Positions 19,478-29,493 of a DNA stretch of 64,000 bases are shown piece by piece; the first letter of the stretch is position 1, and every line of letters begins with the position of its first letter. The notes beneath the pieces are model-generated. The model was given only the letters and a program-made list of their open reading frames with translations, was not told where the DNA came from and ran no database searches. The position numbers were made by a program, and so were the translations under genes. Source of the DNA: Naegleria gruberi (taxonomy: Eukaryota); the NCBI GenBank assembly GCA_000004985.1, contig GG738857.1, one strand, 5' to 3'.

Positions 19478-21571
19478 CTACTTTTTTAACTCTTTGATCA
19501 ATTCTGTCAATCTTCTCTTCTTTTCAGTAATAAGATTATATTCCATTGTTCTCTTTTCAATAGTTTTATCAGCAATCATTGCATAATCATTCTTAACTTG
19601 ACCAAAAATTTCATCCACTAACTCTGTAAACTCTGCAAATCGATTACTTACAGCCTTACTTGACCAATCAATAAGATGTTTAGATACATTTTCATACCAT
19701 GAGTTAAAACACTCTGCATTCCTATCTACCAATCCATTGTTAACAATTTCAAAATCAATACATAAAAGATTTCTCTCCTCAATTCTTGAATTTAATCTTT
19801 CCAAAAATGATTCCTTCATTATGAAACTGTACATTTCCAAAATATCTTTGGAAATATTAACGGTACTTTCCACATAGCATGCTGTAACATCTCCTAATAA
19901 TTGAAGAATGTTCTTCAAGTGGAATAATATCTTTAACCAAAATCCACGAATCAAACCATTGATGGCACCAGTGACCATCTTTAAGAACACCTTCTGATTT
20001 TCAATACTATTAGAATTGTCCGTTCTTTCATCATTTCCAATCAAATCTAGAGCCTTACATAACTCGTCAACAGCTGACTTATTAGGCTTGGAATAGTTCT
20101 GAACATCTCCCTTAAAGGAATGAAATGGCATGTTCAAAATTAAATATTTCAGGTAAAATAGTTCCTGTTTCAATACAGATTTTAGATCATGTGCTTTGGT
20201 ATTCTTTGTTGTGAAATGCCTATTTTGAGTCTTGTTACTAGTTAACAAAACTTTCAAAGATTTCGAAAATATTTGAAAATAGTATTGATCATCTATATCA
20301 GATTCCTCATGTTCCTTAATTCTAACACTATAATTATTGGAATAGTTATGAATAATGGTATTAATGGATTCCACTGTTGAATCAGATATATGTAAAATAT
20401 TAATAAATACTATCAATGTTGATTCATTGATATTGTTAAAGAATATTCCCTTGAATAATGGCAATGCCGCAAGGAATGGAGTAATGTTAGCATTCTCATG
20501 CTTGGAGAGAGTTTGAAACTCATTCTCTTTGAATTCTATTGAATCAAGCATGTTAGAAAAGAGGAAAATAAGAAATTGTTTCCTCTTCTTGAAATCACTT
20601 TCAATAATATTATTAATAAAATTAATATTAAAAGAAAAAAATGATTGGTGAAGAGTATTTTCACTTTGACTAATAACATTTTGATAATCTAATAGAATAT
20701 CATTGATTTGTTCCTTTGAAGCACCCTTAGTAGGGTTTGTTTCAAAGGCAATACAATAAATGTTATTGACCTTTGAATGGTATTGTCTAAACAAACCATT
20801 GAATACTTCACTATTAATATCAGTGGATCTATCCACTTTTGTTTTCACTATTGAAAAATTCTTTAATCCTTTAGGAATTAAAAGCTTCTCAATTGTTCCA
20901 CTTATATTCGATGAACCCACAGTGGTGTCCATTAATTCGAATAGAAGAATGTGATCATTCATTGAGAGATTGTTTCCAATAATTGAGTTGGTAAACTCAC
21001 TACCAGAGTTCAATCTCATCCCTGGAAAATCCGTAATCCTGTAGGGAATTACAATGTTGTCTCCAAAAAGATGAAGATGGACACATTCACTTGTGAAAAC
21101 ATCAATGTCATAGGAAAATGATGTATACTTGCTGATTAATTCAGTTACCTTCATGTTGATAATATTTCTAATATTTTCAAAATTAGTTGAAGAAGATAAA
21201 TCAAACTCCATTGAACAATTCAATTTGGTGATTTTCACAATCAATTTTGTGAATCCACCACCACTGTTTGATGCACCAGTGGTATTATCGTCGGTAATAA
21301 TAGTATTTGAATGATAAATATTACCACCAGAATGATTATCATATTCATGAATTGGATGAACATGATAAACGAAAGGACATTTAGTACCAACATTCAATTG
21401 AATAACACCTAAGGGAACCTGTAAATACTCCCTCAAGAATGTACTCTTTCCACATGATTCCAATCCAAGAAGAGCAAAAGAAATTGGTTCGATAAGATGA
21501 AGAAACTCTTCTTTATCACCCTGGTTGACAAAGTAATTGCTTACTAATTTAATATCTTGTTGATTAATCAT
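19478..21571 (-). CDS. divergent dynamin-superfamily large GTPase, 697 aa
   Basis: P-loop 'GLESCGKSTF' followed by 'VPLGVIQLNVGTKCPFVYHV', which matches the dynamin 'LPRGxGxVTRxP' switch region. G3-like 'ITDFPGM' and G4-like 'TKVD'. ATG at 21571..21569. Confidence 0.55.
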   Translation of the reverse strand: MINQQDIKLVSNYFVNQGDKEEFLHLIEPISFALLGLESCGKSTFLREYLQVPLGVIQLNVGTKCPFVYHVHPIHEYDNHSGGNIYHSNTIITDDNTTGASNSGGGFTKLIVKITKLNCSMEFDLSSSTNFENIRNIINMKVTELISKYTSFSYDIDVFTSECVHLHLFGDNIVIPYRITDFPGMRLNSGSEFTNSIIGNNLSMNDHILLFELMDTTVGSSNISGTIEKLLIPKGLKNFSIVKTKVDRSTDINSEVFNGLFRQYHSKVNNIYCIAFETNPTKGASKEQINDILLDYQNVISQSENTLHQSFFSFNINFINNIIESDFKKRKQFLIFLFSNMLDSIEFKENEFQTLSKHENANITPFLAALPLFKGIFFNNINESTLIVFINILHISDSTVESINTIIHNYSNNYSVRIKEHEESDIDDQYYFQIFSKSLKVLLTSNKTQNRHFTTKNTKAHDLKSVLKQELFYLKYLILNMPFHSFKGDVQNYSKPNKSAVDELCKALDLIGNDERTDNSNSIENQKVFLKMVTGAINGLIRGFWLKILFHLKNILQLLGDVTACYVESTVNISKDILEMYSFIMKESFLERLNSRIEERNLLCIDFEIVNNGLVDRNAECFNSWYENVSKHLIDWSSKAVSNRFAEFTELVDEIFGQVKNDYAMIADKTIEKRTMEYNLITEKKRRLTELIKELKK

Positions 21572-21673
21572 AATGAAGATGATGATGATGATGAAGAGTA
21601 TATAACGTCTTTGAACAATTGAATGATGATGTTTTTAGAAAACCAAAGATATTGAATAAGTGCAAACAATAAA

Positions 21674-21830
21674 TACAATTCACATTGTGTGAAATGAACC
21701 AATTCACAACGTGTGTGAAATGAACCAATTCACATTGGGGTGAAAGAACCAATTCACAACGAAGGAACCAATTCACAACGTGTGTGAAAGATCCAATTCA
21801 CAACGAAAGAACCAATTCCATGAATTAACA
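21674..21830. promoter_or_regulatory. 7× tandem ~20-bp repeat 'GAACCAATTCACAACG' containing CCAAT boxes
   Basis: Direct repeats lie 100–260 bp upstream of the ATG of the minus-strand GTPase gene at 21571. Every unit contains an 'accaatt' CCAAT-like core. Confidence 0.7.
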
Positions 21831-22245
21831 ATAAGAAATATACAATCCCAATAGTAACACTGCAAGATTAATCAAAAACTCTAAAACAGACCAGTATTAT
21901 TTATCGAATAAATATTTTACACTTTAAGAAACAGCACTCCACATTCATTAACTTATAAACCCGTTCAGAATATTCTGAATGACAAGAGTATCTTCTTGAA
22001 ATATCTTTAGGCTTTATAAAATGGAAGATGTCATGATATTACAATCTTTACAATAGATACAAGTCAAGTATCCAATCAGAAAGTCACTCAATCATGTACT
22101 CACCTATTTCCAACCAATGAATTTAATATGAAAGGAATGACCTTGTCTCGGAAAATAAGCATGTTTCATGAATTGATACACCTATCACTGTCATTTATAC
22201 AAGAAGGATTAAAAGCTCAATATCTAAGAATATTGTTACATTTGA

Positions 22246-22894
22246 ATGAGATTAAAAATGATAAACGTAGAGGACCAATTAGAAATACTTAAGAGTGGAG
22301 ATTTGCTTTCTAAATTGAAAATTTCTTCAAAACCCACAAGAATGGTCATTCTCGTAGAGAATATTAATAGTATTTTCCAAAATGTCTTGATTAATGAGGC
22401 TAAGAAATACTGTGGTGGTAAGACAAGCAAGATAATTCATGAACAAGCCAACCCTGGTATGTATATTCTAATATTATTATTTTATTTAATACAATTAAGT
22501 AAACAATCCAATTAATGTTTCATTTGTGTACAATGAGAAAGCAATGATCATGTACATAAATGTCTCAAAGGAAAAGAACAAGTTGAAAAAACTTGTTACT
22601 GAAGAAGAGCACGTCACTTTCTTCAAGATTTCCAAATCTCAGACACAAATCAACGAAGCTGATATATTTGGAAATTTGGAAAATCAAATTTCCAAATTTG
22701 TGTTCAATGAAGAGCAAGAGAAAAGAAAGCGAACAGTTGAAGATGAAGACAAAGAAAAGAAGAAGAGACGTGATGATTGTGAAGAAGAATTAGAGCAAGA
22801 GGAAATTGTTAATGGAAATCCACATTATATGGATTCATATGAAAAAGGAATTTACAATATCTTGAAATCTGTTTGGTTGAGAAACAATAAATAA
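22246..22894 (+). CDS. hypothetical Lys/Glu-rich protein, two exons (22246..22456, 22542..22894)
   Basis: ATG at 22246. GTATGT donor at 22457 and AG acceptor at ~22541 (an 85-nt intron) join '..HEQANP' in frame to 'AMIMYINVSKEK..'. The second exon is charged low-complexity sequence. No domain assigned. Confidence 0.4.
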
Positions 22895-23136
22895 AATATT
22901 ATTTTTATTAAATATTATTTTTTAAATATTAACCTCTGCAACACACCATCAAATCAGGAACAGATCTAACCATTTATTATTAACAATACAATAATTATTA
23001 TTTATAAACTAAAAGGAATGAAATCAAGATGGTACTAAGTGACAATGAAACTGGGGACGGATGAGACGGAGAACACTCAGTTTCTTACTACAGACCAAAC
23101 AAAGCCAATACTGTTAATGTGAAAACAAGAGACATC

Positions 23137-23288
23137 ACCAGCCACCATTATAAATATTCATCACAGTTGCCACCATTATAAATATTTATCACGGTTGCTT
23201 TAAATTACATTGCCCACCATTATAAATATTCATCACGGTTGCTTCATACATCACCAGCCACCAATATAAATATTCATCACTGCAGCCA
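23137..23288. promoter_or_regulatory. 4× tandem ~30-bp repeat 'CCACCATTATAAATATTCATCACGGTTGC', each unit carrying a TATAAAT box
   Basis: Direct repeats end ~20 bp upstream of the ATG at 23308. The upstream part of listed ORF 23239.. is a translation of this repeat, not protein. Confidence 0.7.
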
Positions 23289-23307
23289 TGTTCATCCTAA
23301 TAAAAAA

Positions 23308-24651
23308 ATGAAACAGCTTTCGTTGTCTAATTTAAAGACCAACAAAGCATTATCGGAACAATTAAAGTCAAAAATTAAACAAACAATTACTAATCCTGTT
23401 GTTGATGGAAACAAATGTAATATTGATTTTAAGGAAGAATTAAAAAAGTTTCATAAAGATGCTGTTGAATTAATTGAACCTAACAAAGATCTAAATGTTC
23501 AATCCGATGATAAATGTTTAATTTGTAAAAGTGATTGTGATATAAAGAATCATTTTAAGTCTCATATTAATTCACATTCTCTCTTTCAAGATTTAGTTAA
23601 CAATAGTGAAATTTTAGAATTGTCTGATAAATCATTAGAAGCAAATAATTTATATTTTAAATTCAAGATAAATGAAGAAGAATTGAAAATGTTAACTGAA
23701 ATTACTAATAACACACTACAACAAAATATTATTGATTTAGATATTTCTAATTATAGTTCAATTATTAATCATAACAAATTTATTACAAATATTAAAGATA
23801 TTAAAGAAATATTAAATAATACTAATAATAACTTTCAACAAAGAGAAAATGGATTTTATTTTCATAAGTATTTTAAAGAAGATCAAGTTAAAATATTATC
23901 ACCTAAAAATGCATTGGAAAATTTATTTAATGATCTTTGGATATCATTATCCAGTTTTACTGGAACCATTTTACATATTGATACTAATGATTATATTAGA
24001 AAAATCAAGAATATTCATTATAATTTATGTGGATTGAAATTATATTACTTTTTTGTTCCACCTTGTATTATGAATAATAATTTGGAAATTGAAAATGAAG
24101 AAATGGCAAGTCTATATTTAGATTTTGATATAAATAGACATCTTCATAATTTAATTATTTACTTTTTAACAAGAAAAAGAAGTATTGATTTGTTATTTTT
24201 AGAATCTATTGGAATTCATATATGTGTTTGTAAAAGGGGTGAAGGTATTGTATTTCCAGAAACCTTACCTCATGGTACAATTAATTTATCACCTGTTACT
24301 ATCTCTATTGGTCATGCTTGGATGAGTTATAATAATTTGGATAGTTTTTCAGGTAAAAATGATTATACTTTTGACACTTATAGTACTAAGAGTATATATT
24401 TGGAATTATTTAATAATATTTTATGTAATTTACAAAAAGAAGAGATGAATAATGTAAATATTTATTCATTTGAGTGGAAAATGTTGTTAATTGGAAAATG
24501 TTTATTTTATTTACAACAAGACTATATCGAAGATCAATTAAAATATACATTAATTGATATTATTAAAATTATTAATAAGGGTAATTTAGTGTTTGATTTA
24601 ATTGATGGTTTAATTAATCAAGTTGGTTCAAAAAGAAATAAATTAATTTAA
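23308..24651 (+). CDS. JmjC/cupin-like domain protein
   Basis: Candidate Fe/2OG triad: 'ILHIDTNDY' (HxD), then 'KLYYFFVPP', then 'GEGIVFPETLPHGTINLSPVTISIGHAW' (second His and beta-strands). The true ATG is at 23308, as 'MKQLSLSNL'. Confidence 0.55.
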   Translation: MKQLSLSNLKTNKALSEQLKSKIKQTITNPVVDGNKCNIDFKEELKKFHKDAVELIEPNKDLNVQSDDKCLICKSDCDIKNHFKSHINSHSLFQDLVNNSEILELSDKSLEANNLYFKFKINEEELKMLTEITNNTLQQNIIDLDISNYSSIINHNKFITNIKDIKEILNNTNNNFQQRENGFYFHKYFKEDQVKILSPKNALENLFNDLWISLSSFTGTILHIDTNDYIRKIKNIHYNLCGLKLYYFFVPPCIMNNNLEIENEEMASLYLDFDINRHLHNLIIYFLTRKRSIDLLFLESIGIHICVCKRGEGIVFPETLPHGTINLSPVTISIGHAWMSYNNLDSFSGKNDYTFDTYSTKSIYLELFNNILCNLQKEEMNNVNIYSFEWKMLLIGKCLFYLQQDYIEDQLKYTLIDIIKIINKGNLVFDLIDGLINQVGSKRNKLI

Positions 24652-24664
24652 TAAATAAAAAAAA

Positions 24665-25035
24665 ATGAATTATTTAGCATCACGGGTAAAAAAGAGAAGT
24701 GAAAGGTTTAATTTGAATAATGATGATACAATTTATGAAGTATCATTTGTTGATGAAAGTGAAGATGATGGAAATAATGATGATAGTAGTGATGAAGATA
24801 ATGACGGAAATGGTGGAAATAATAATGAATATGATTATGAAGATGAGAAAATAATGGATGATGAATATAATAAATTTGATGATATTAATGGCACCAATAA
24901 TACAACATTAAACACTAATAATAACTCAACATCAAATATTAATATTGATCATTTAGATGATGTTGGAGGAGATATGAATGATGATATAATATTTAATAAC
25001 AACAATAATTTTTCTGATAAATTAATAATACACTC
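24665..25035 (+). CDS. doubtful acidic/Asn-rich ORF
   Basis: The ATG ORF is dominated by GAT/AAT low-complexity sequence. Downstream of ~25035 the listed ORF is antisense to a P450 fragment, so only the 5' part could be real. Confidence 0.2.
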
Positions 25036-26070
25036 GTGGCCAGCGACCAAAAGAACAAAAGAATTCGATATCAATTCATCATCTGAGAGAACTCCTCCAG
25101 TTTCCTTGTTATTTCTACGTTCTTTCAATAGGAGAGAGAGGATATCATTGGATTCTTCTGCCAAATTGTTTTCACGTTCTCTCTTGGCAATGATTTCTTT
25201 AATGACATTACGGAAAGAGTCAACTGAGTCATGGATTTTTGCTAACATGCCAACTTTTACATTCTTTCTGAGGAATTGGGTTGGAACTACACGATAGAAA
25301 TCAGCATTTCCTAAAAAGATATTGGTTTTGGTTTCCAGAGTTTCTTCTCCAGGTTTAGAATAGAATGAATCGAAAGAATATCCAAAACCTGCCTTACCAA
25401 TAACATCCTATTGTAATAGGTTAAAATATTCTCAATTCATTCAATAACATACCATAGTCAACTTGGCAAAATCACTCATAACATCTCTTCTCTTCAAATC
25501 CTTCATAATATTTGGAACCATATCATTCTCCAATGTATTATTTGTAACACTTGCCACCAAACTCAAAGATTGTGGAGTAAATCCAGGATCTATCAAGTGT
25601 CTTTGATGTGACCAAGTTTGATGATCATCCTCAGCAAAGATATTCGAACCAAGGAACAATTCTAAAAAGGTTCTCTTTTGCATGGCATTCTTCTTGTAAA
25701 GTTTGGCACCTTTAGTTGCAATTTCCTTTCCCATATCAGGATCTGTTATGACAAGGAATGGAAATCCAATCATTCCCAACATGATTTTATAATAATCTTG
25801 AGATTGTCCTCTTGTCAACTCGATTATTGTTTCTGGTTGAAAAGGAATTCCAGGATTGGACAAGTATCCATTCGGAACCATCCACTTTGGCAAAATACTC
25901 ATCACAATAGGAGGAATGAACTGTTGATATCCCTTCTCGATATGAACAAATTGTTTCTTCATCTTTGTATATTGCAAATAACGTTCCACCATGAAAACTG
26001 CAATTAAAACAATGGAAACAACAATGGATCCGATGAGAAGCCACCCAAAGGAAGATAAATATTCAATCAT
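25033..26070 (-). pseudogene. truncated cytochrome P450 (locus B): N-terminal two-thirds only
   Basis: Exon 1 (26070..25453) has the membrane anchor 'WLLIGSIVVSIVLIAVFMV' and 'GFPFLVITDPDMGKEI'. A 45-nt GTATGT..TAG intron at 25408..25452 follows. Exon 2 (25407..~25033) runs '..DVIGKAGFGYSF....LSDDELISNSFVLLVAGHE', which is the I-helix start. The ExxR, PERF and heme-loop region is absent. The sequence beyond 25033 is unrelated low-complexity. Confidence 0.6.
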
Positions 26071-26399
26071 TCGTTGTCAAAAGAAGTTTGTGTTTGTTTT
26101 TTTTTGTTTGTTGAAGTTTTGATGTGTTTTTGTGATGATTAATTTTTATTCTCCATCCAACATGTGCGTTTTGTTACGTCCGATGATAACATCCGAATCA
26201 AATGGGGAATTGAGCCTTATTTGAGTTTCAGAAAAAATAGTTCTGGAATTTTGATTGTTGTATAGTACATATTGTAAAAGGAAGATAAATTCATTGTTAT
26301 TGTAAAAGTGTTTGAGACCATGTTTTAACAACATCAAATGTGAAATTGAAACTTCCAAAAATCATATTGTAAATTGCTCTTCAATATCTTTAAAAAAAA

Positions 26400-27089
26400 A
26401 TGTCTCAAGTTAAAACAGCTCACGATTTGCACAGTTCCGATGCCAGACCAGCAAAAGAAATTAAAAAATTAGATTCCGATGGAAATTACACACCATTTGA
26501 AGGGTTGACCATTGTTATGCAAATTTGTGAACAAGATTTGAAATTTGGTGAAAGATTATTCAAGGATTTGGAGAGTACAGTCCCAAAGAAGGCTCACTCC
26601 TTGTTACCTTATCAGAGTTATCATGTGACATTGTGTGGACTTGTTTGTAGAAATCATTTTGAATCTTGTCAAGATTACAATAATTTCATTGATGAACATT
26701 ATGAAAATTTGAAAAAATTACAACAAGAATTGGATCAAATTTGTGGAAATTCTCAAATAACCTATCGTGTTGATACGGAAACTATGAAAAAATCAAGTCT
26801 TTCCAAATTGACTGGTCATTTACTTGTGAGAAATAACGATTCTGCAGAATTACTCAACAAATGTTTTGAGAAATGTAAGGAAATTCTCAAAATTGATTTG
26901 AGAATGAGTGAAGCTCATTTGAGTTTGGCTTATCCACCTCCAAAAGGAAAGAAGATGAATGCAGAGCAACGTAAAACAGTTCAACAAGTGATGGATAAAC
27001 ACTTTGATTCGAGTTGTGTCTTGGTTTTTGAAAGACCTAGAATTTGCTTTTTCAAAGACATGTGCGAATTCATTCCAATATTTAATTAA
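26400..27089 (+). CDS. 2H-phosphoesterase-like (LigT/CPDase-type) protein
   Basis: Two H-x-(T/S)-x motifs with appropriate spacing: 'YHVTLCGL' and 'EAHLSLAY'. 229 aa. ATG at 26400. Confidence 0.5.
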   Translation: MSQVKTAHDLHSSDARPAKEIKKLDSDGNYTPFEGLTIVMQICEQDLKFGERLFKDLESTVPKKAHSLLPYQSYHVTLCGLVCRNHFESCQDYNNFIDEHYENLKKLQQELDQICGNSQITYRVDTETMKKSSLSKLTGHLLVRNNDSAELLNKCFEKCKEILKIDLRMSEAHLSLAYPPPKGKKMNAEQRKTVQQVMDKHFDSSCVLVFERPRICFFKDMCEFIPIFN

Positions 27090-27109
27090 ACTAAATATTA
27101 AACTAAAGG

Positions 27110-28159
27110 TTAATTTATAGTAGAAAATTGATCTAACACATCAAAGGGATTATTCTGTGCACACCAAGTTAGTGAGATATTACAATTTGTTTGAAGATCA
27201 TCAATACTGTTATTGGAACTATCAAAACTTGATTGACTAACTAAATCAAGGTCGCTTTCAGATAAAAACTCATCAGAATCATCCACAGTTTCGACTGGAG
27301 GATGATCATTAACCAAAAGCTTCAAAAGTTCCATTTCCAAATCAGTAACCTCACCAGACTCTAGAATGAAACTTTCGCATGGTGATTGTTTAGTTTCCAC
27401 TACAGTTGGATTCAATTGATTCGAATTAAAAACAGTATTGCAAATTTCAGCATCTTCAAACAAATTTTCAAATTTCTCATCAAGGTATGAACTCACTGAA
27501 GTGTTTTCACTTTCAATTTGAGTTGATCTTTCAACATATGAAATTTGGTTTCTAATTTGAATTGAGTTACAACGAGTTTGATTGACTTTTTTCTTTTTTC
27601 TTCTAGTCTGACAGCTGTCAACACTATCTACTGATATACTATCATCTGAACAATATTCCTTCAATCTCTTTACAGCTCCTCTCTTTACCTTCTTTGTAAC
27701 TTCTGAATACAAGAACATGTGACATGTACTGCCACAAATCACTTGTGTCACTCTACATGAACCAGAACTTGTCTTTCCCTTCTCAGTTCTCTTTTGGAAA
27801 AGTGCAAGTGAAATCTTGAGATCAAATATTTTCCCACCAAATTCTTCCAAAGAAATGGTCAACTCTCCAGTTGGTCGTAATTTATCAACAGGCTCATATT
27901 CATTCACTATATCTAATATTCCAAGCATTGATTTTGACTTGTTCAATTTGTTAATTTGAGAATCGCTAAGTTGTTGTTTACCAAGTGCTTTTCTTGTATT
28001 AAAATGCATGTCAATAATTTTGACATTGGCATGTAAAATTAAGAATACTCTGGCAATTGGAACGGGTGAAGTAGAGTTGAATTGAAGTTTGACTCCACAT
28101 GCATACTCTTCAGTTGTCAAATCATGTCCAATATTGTACTCTTTCATAACAAGTGACAT
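27110..28159 (-). CDS. hypothetical protein; basic patch followed by an acidic Ser-rich tail
   Basis: The listed start at 28177 is GTG. The first ATG is at 28159, giving 'MSLVMKEYNIG..'. Contains 'RRKKKKVNQTRC' and a C-terminal D/E/S-rich region. No domain assigned. Confidence 0.45.
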   Translation of the reverse strand: MSLVMKEYNIGHDLTTEEYACGVKLQFNSTSPVPIARVFLILHANVKIIDMHFNTRKALGKQQLSDSQINKLNKSKSMLGILDIVNEYEPVDKLRPTGELTISLEEFGGKIFDLKISLALFQKRTEKGKTSSGSCRVTQVICGSTCHMFLYSEVTKKVKRGAVKRLKEYCSDDSISVDSVDSCQTRRKKKKVNQTRCNSIQIRNQISYVERSTQIESENTSVSSYLDEKFENLFEDAEICNTVFNSNQLNPTVVETKQSPCESFILESGEVTDLEMELLKLLVNDHPPVETVDDSDEFLSESDLDLVSQSSFDSSNNSIDDLQTNCNISLTWCAQNNPFDVLDQFSTIN

Positions 28160-28566
28160 TTCTCTTTTCTCTCTCACAAATTTTCAGTTTAAAGTCGAGT
28201 TGTTTTTTTGTGTTTTTGAAATCAAATACTTTGCTGGATTTTAAGCATTCACGCATATGATTGTTGTGTTGTGGTGCATACTACAAAGCTCTCGATCACG
28301 ATTGTGCTTTTTTAATTCACGAAGCAAAAGCACGTTTTTTCTTCAGATCACGATTGTGCTTCACGAAGATGTAACTTCCCTTTTTGGAACGAACGTGTTT
28401 TGTAATGGTGGCAAGAGCAAATTTTTATTTTACAGTACCTCCGAGAGAATACATTTAAAATAACAACAAGAGCAACAATATACAATTTCAAACAGCATCT
28501 TACCACTTTTATTCTTTCTAAGATGTAATAAATGAATACAAAGAGAGCATTATTGTTGTGAATGTA

Positions 28567-28639
28567 GCCCGTCTAGCTCAGTCGGTAGAGCGCAAGGCTC
28601 TTAACCTTGTGGTCGTGGGTTCGACCCCCACGGTGGGCG
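28567..28639 (+). tRNA. tRNA-Lys (anticodon CUU), eukaryotic nuclear type
   Basis: 'GCCCGTCTAGCTCAGTCGGTAGAGCGCAAGGCTCTTAACCTTGTGGTCGTGGGTTCGACCCCCACGGTGGGCG'. Cloverleaf with a 7-bp acceptor stem. A-box 'TAGCTCAGTCGG', B-box 'GGTTCGACC', anticodon loop 'ggCTcTTaaCC'. The CCA is not encoded. A T-run follows immediately, acting as the Pol III terminator. Confidence 0.95.
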
Positions 28640-28640
28640 A

Positions 28641-28682
28641 TTTCATTTTGTTTGCCCGTTTTGATGAACTTTTTTTTTGAAT
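28641..28682 (+). terminator. Pol III oligo-T termination region after tRNA-Lys
   Basis: 'tttcattttgtttgcccgttttgatgaacttttttttt' begins 2 nt after the acceptor end. Confidence 0.55.
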
Positions 28683-29190
28683 AATTAATTCTATTAAGTA
28701 TTGCTCTGAAGTGCTTTCAGAGTTCAAAAATTGTTTTCTCAAACCCTTGCGAGCAAGAAAACGAGTAGAAAAGGGCAGATTGCAATCAGCAATTACGTGT
28801 TTCACAATGACGATCAATAACAACGTAAAATCCCTGGACAAGAACTGTTTGGAAATAACTGGATAGTGAGTGATGTATTAGTAAACTCGAAAATGGCATG
28901 GAAAATAATAATATATTGTGGTTTTGGCAAGGTTGAACCAGTAGCATTATCACTGCACCTTCGAAGAATTGGATCTTCTTTCAAAGTATCTTTGCAAAAA
29001 TCCATCTTTTCAAAATGGACATCAACATCTGAATTTTATTTATCTTTCGAAATGCAAAATGTTAATTCATGAAAGTTTTCACTTCATGGACATAAGAGCA
29101 CCACATTTATTTTACTGAAAAAGGAATTAATTGGAAAACTGCTCTTCTGGATTATGCTAAATCAGTTCTTGCTTGAGTTTTTGTGGATTA

Positions 29191-29493
29191 TTATTGTTTT
29201 GGTTTTCCAATGAGATCATCAATTGTAATATTGGGAACTGTTAAATTGATAAAACGATCAACAGAGATGGAATCACTCATGATTTTTACTTGTTCTTCAG
29301 GTGTAGCATTTCTGAATTCTTCCATCATTTCGCCAACTTGTTGGTTAAGAGCTCTCATCTTATCGAATATGTCAGGGTTGTTGTTGTTTCTTTCCATTTG
29401 ATCACAAGTCTGGCTGATTCGAATAGTGTGATGTTTGTTTCTTTTTTTTGAATTATTGTTTGCTTGTGAACAATTTCTTGCTTGAGAAAACAA
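29191..29493 (-). CDS. small hypothetical ORF, 100 aa
   Basis: An ATG ORF in an otherwise long non-coding stretch. No motif recognised. It could equally be non-coding. Confidence 0.25.
   Translation of the reverse strand: MFSQARNCSQANNNSKKRNKHHTIRISQTCDQMERNNNNPDIFDKMRALNQQVGEMMEEFRNATPEEQVKIMSDSISVDRFINLTVPNITIDDLIGKPKQ

Noticed and set aside
19056-23288. CRISPR-like interpretation of the tandem repeat arrays
   Set aside because: This is a eukaryotic context. The units are contiguous with no unique spacers, and there are no cas genes.
24665-25297. Full-length 210-aa acidic ORF as a gene
   Set aside because: Its 3' half is antisense to the recognisable P450 exon, and its 5' half is GAT/AAT low-complexity. 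At most the 5' part could be coding, so it is kept only as a low-confidence feature.
28578-29072. ORFs overlapping and flanking the tRNA-Lys (28578..28841, 28814..29005, 28866..29072)
   Set aside because: They overlap a bona fide tRNA and its T-rich flank on both strands. They are short and have no motif support.
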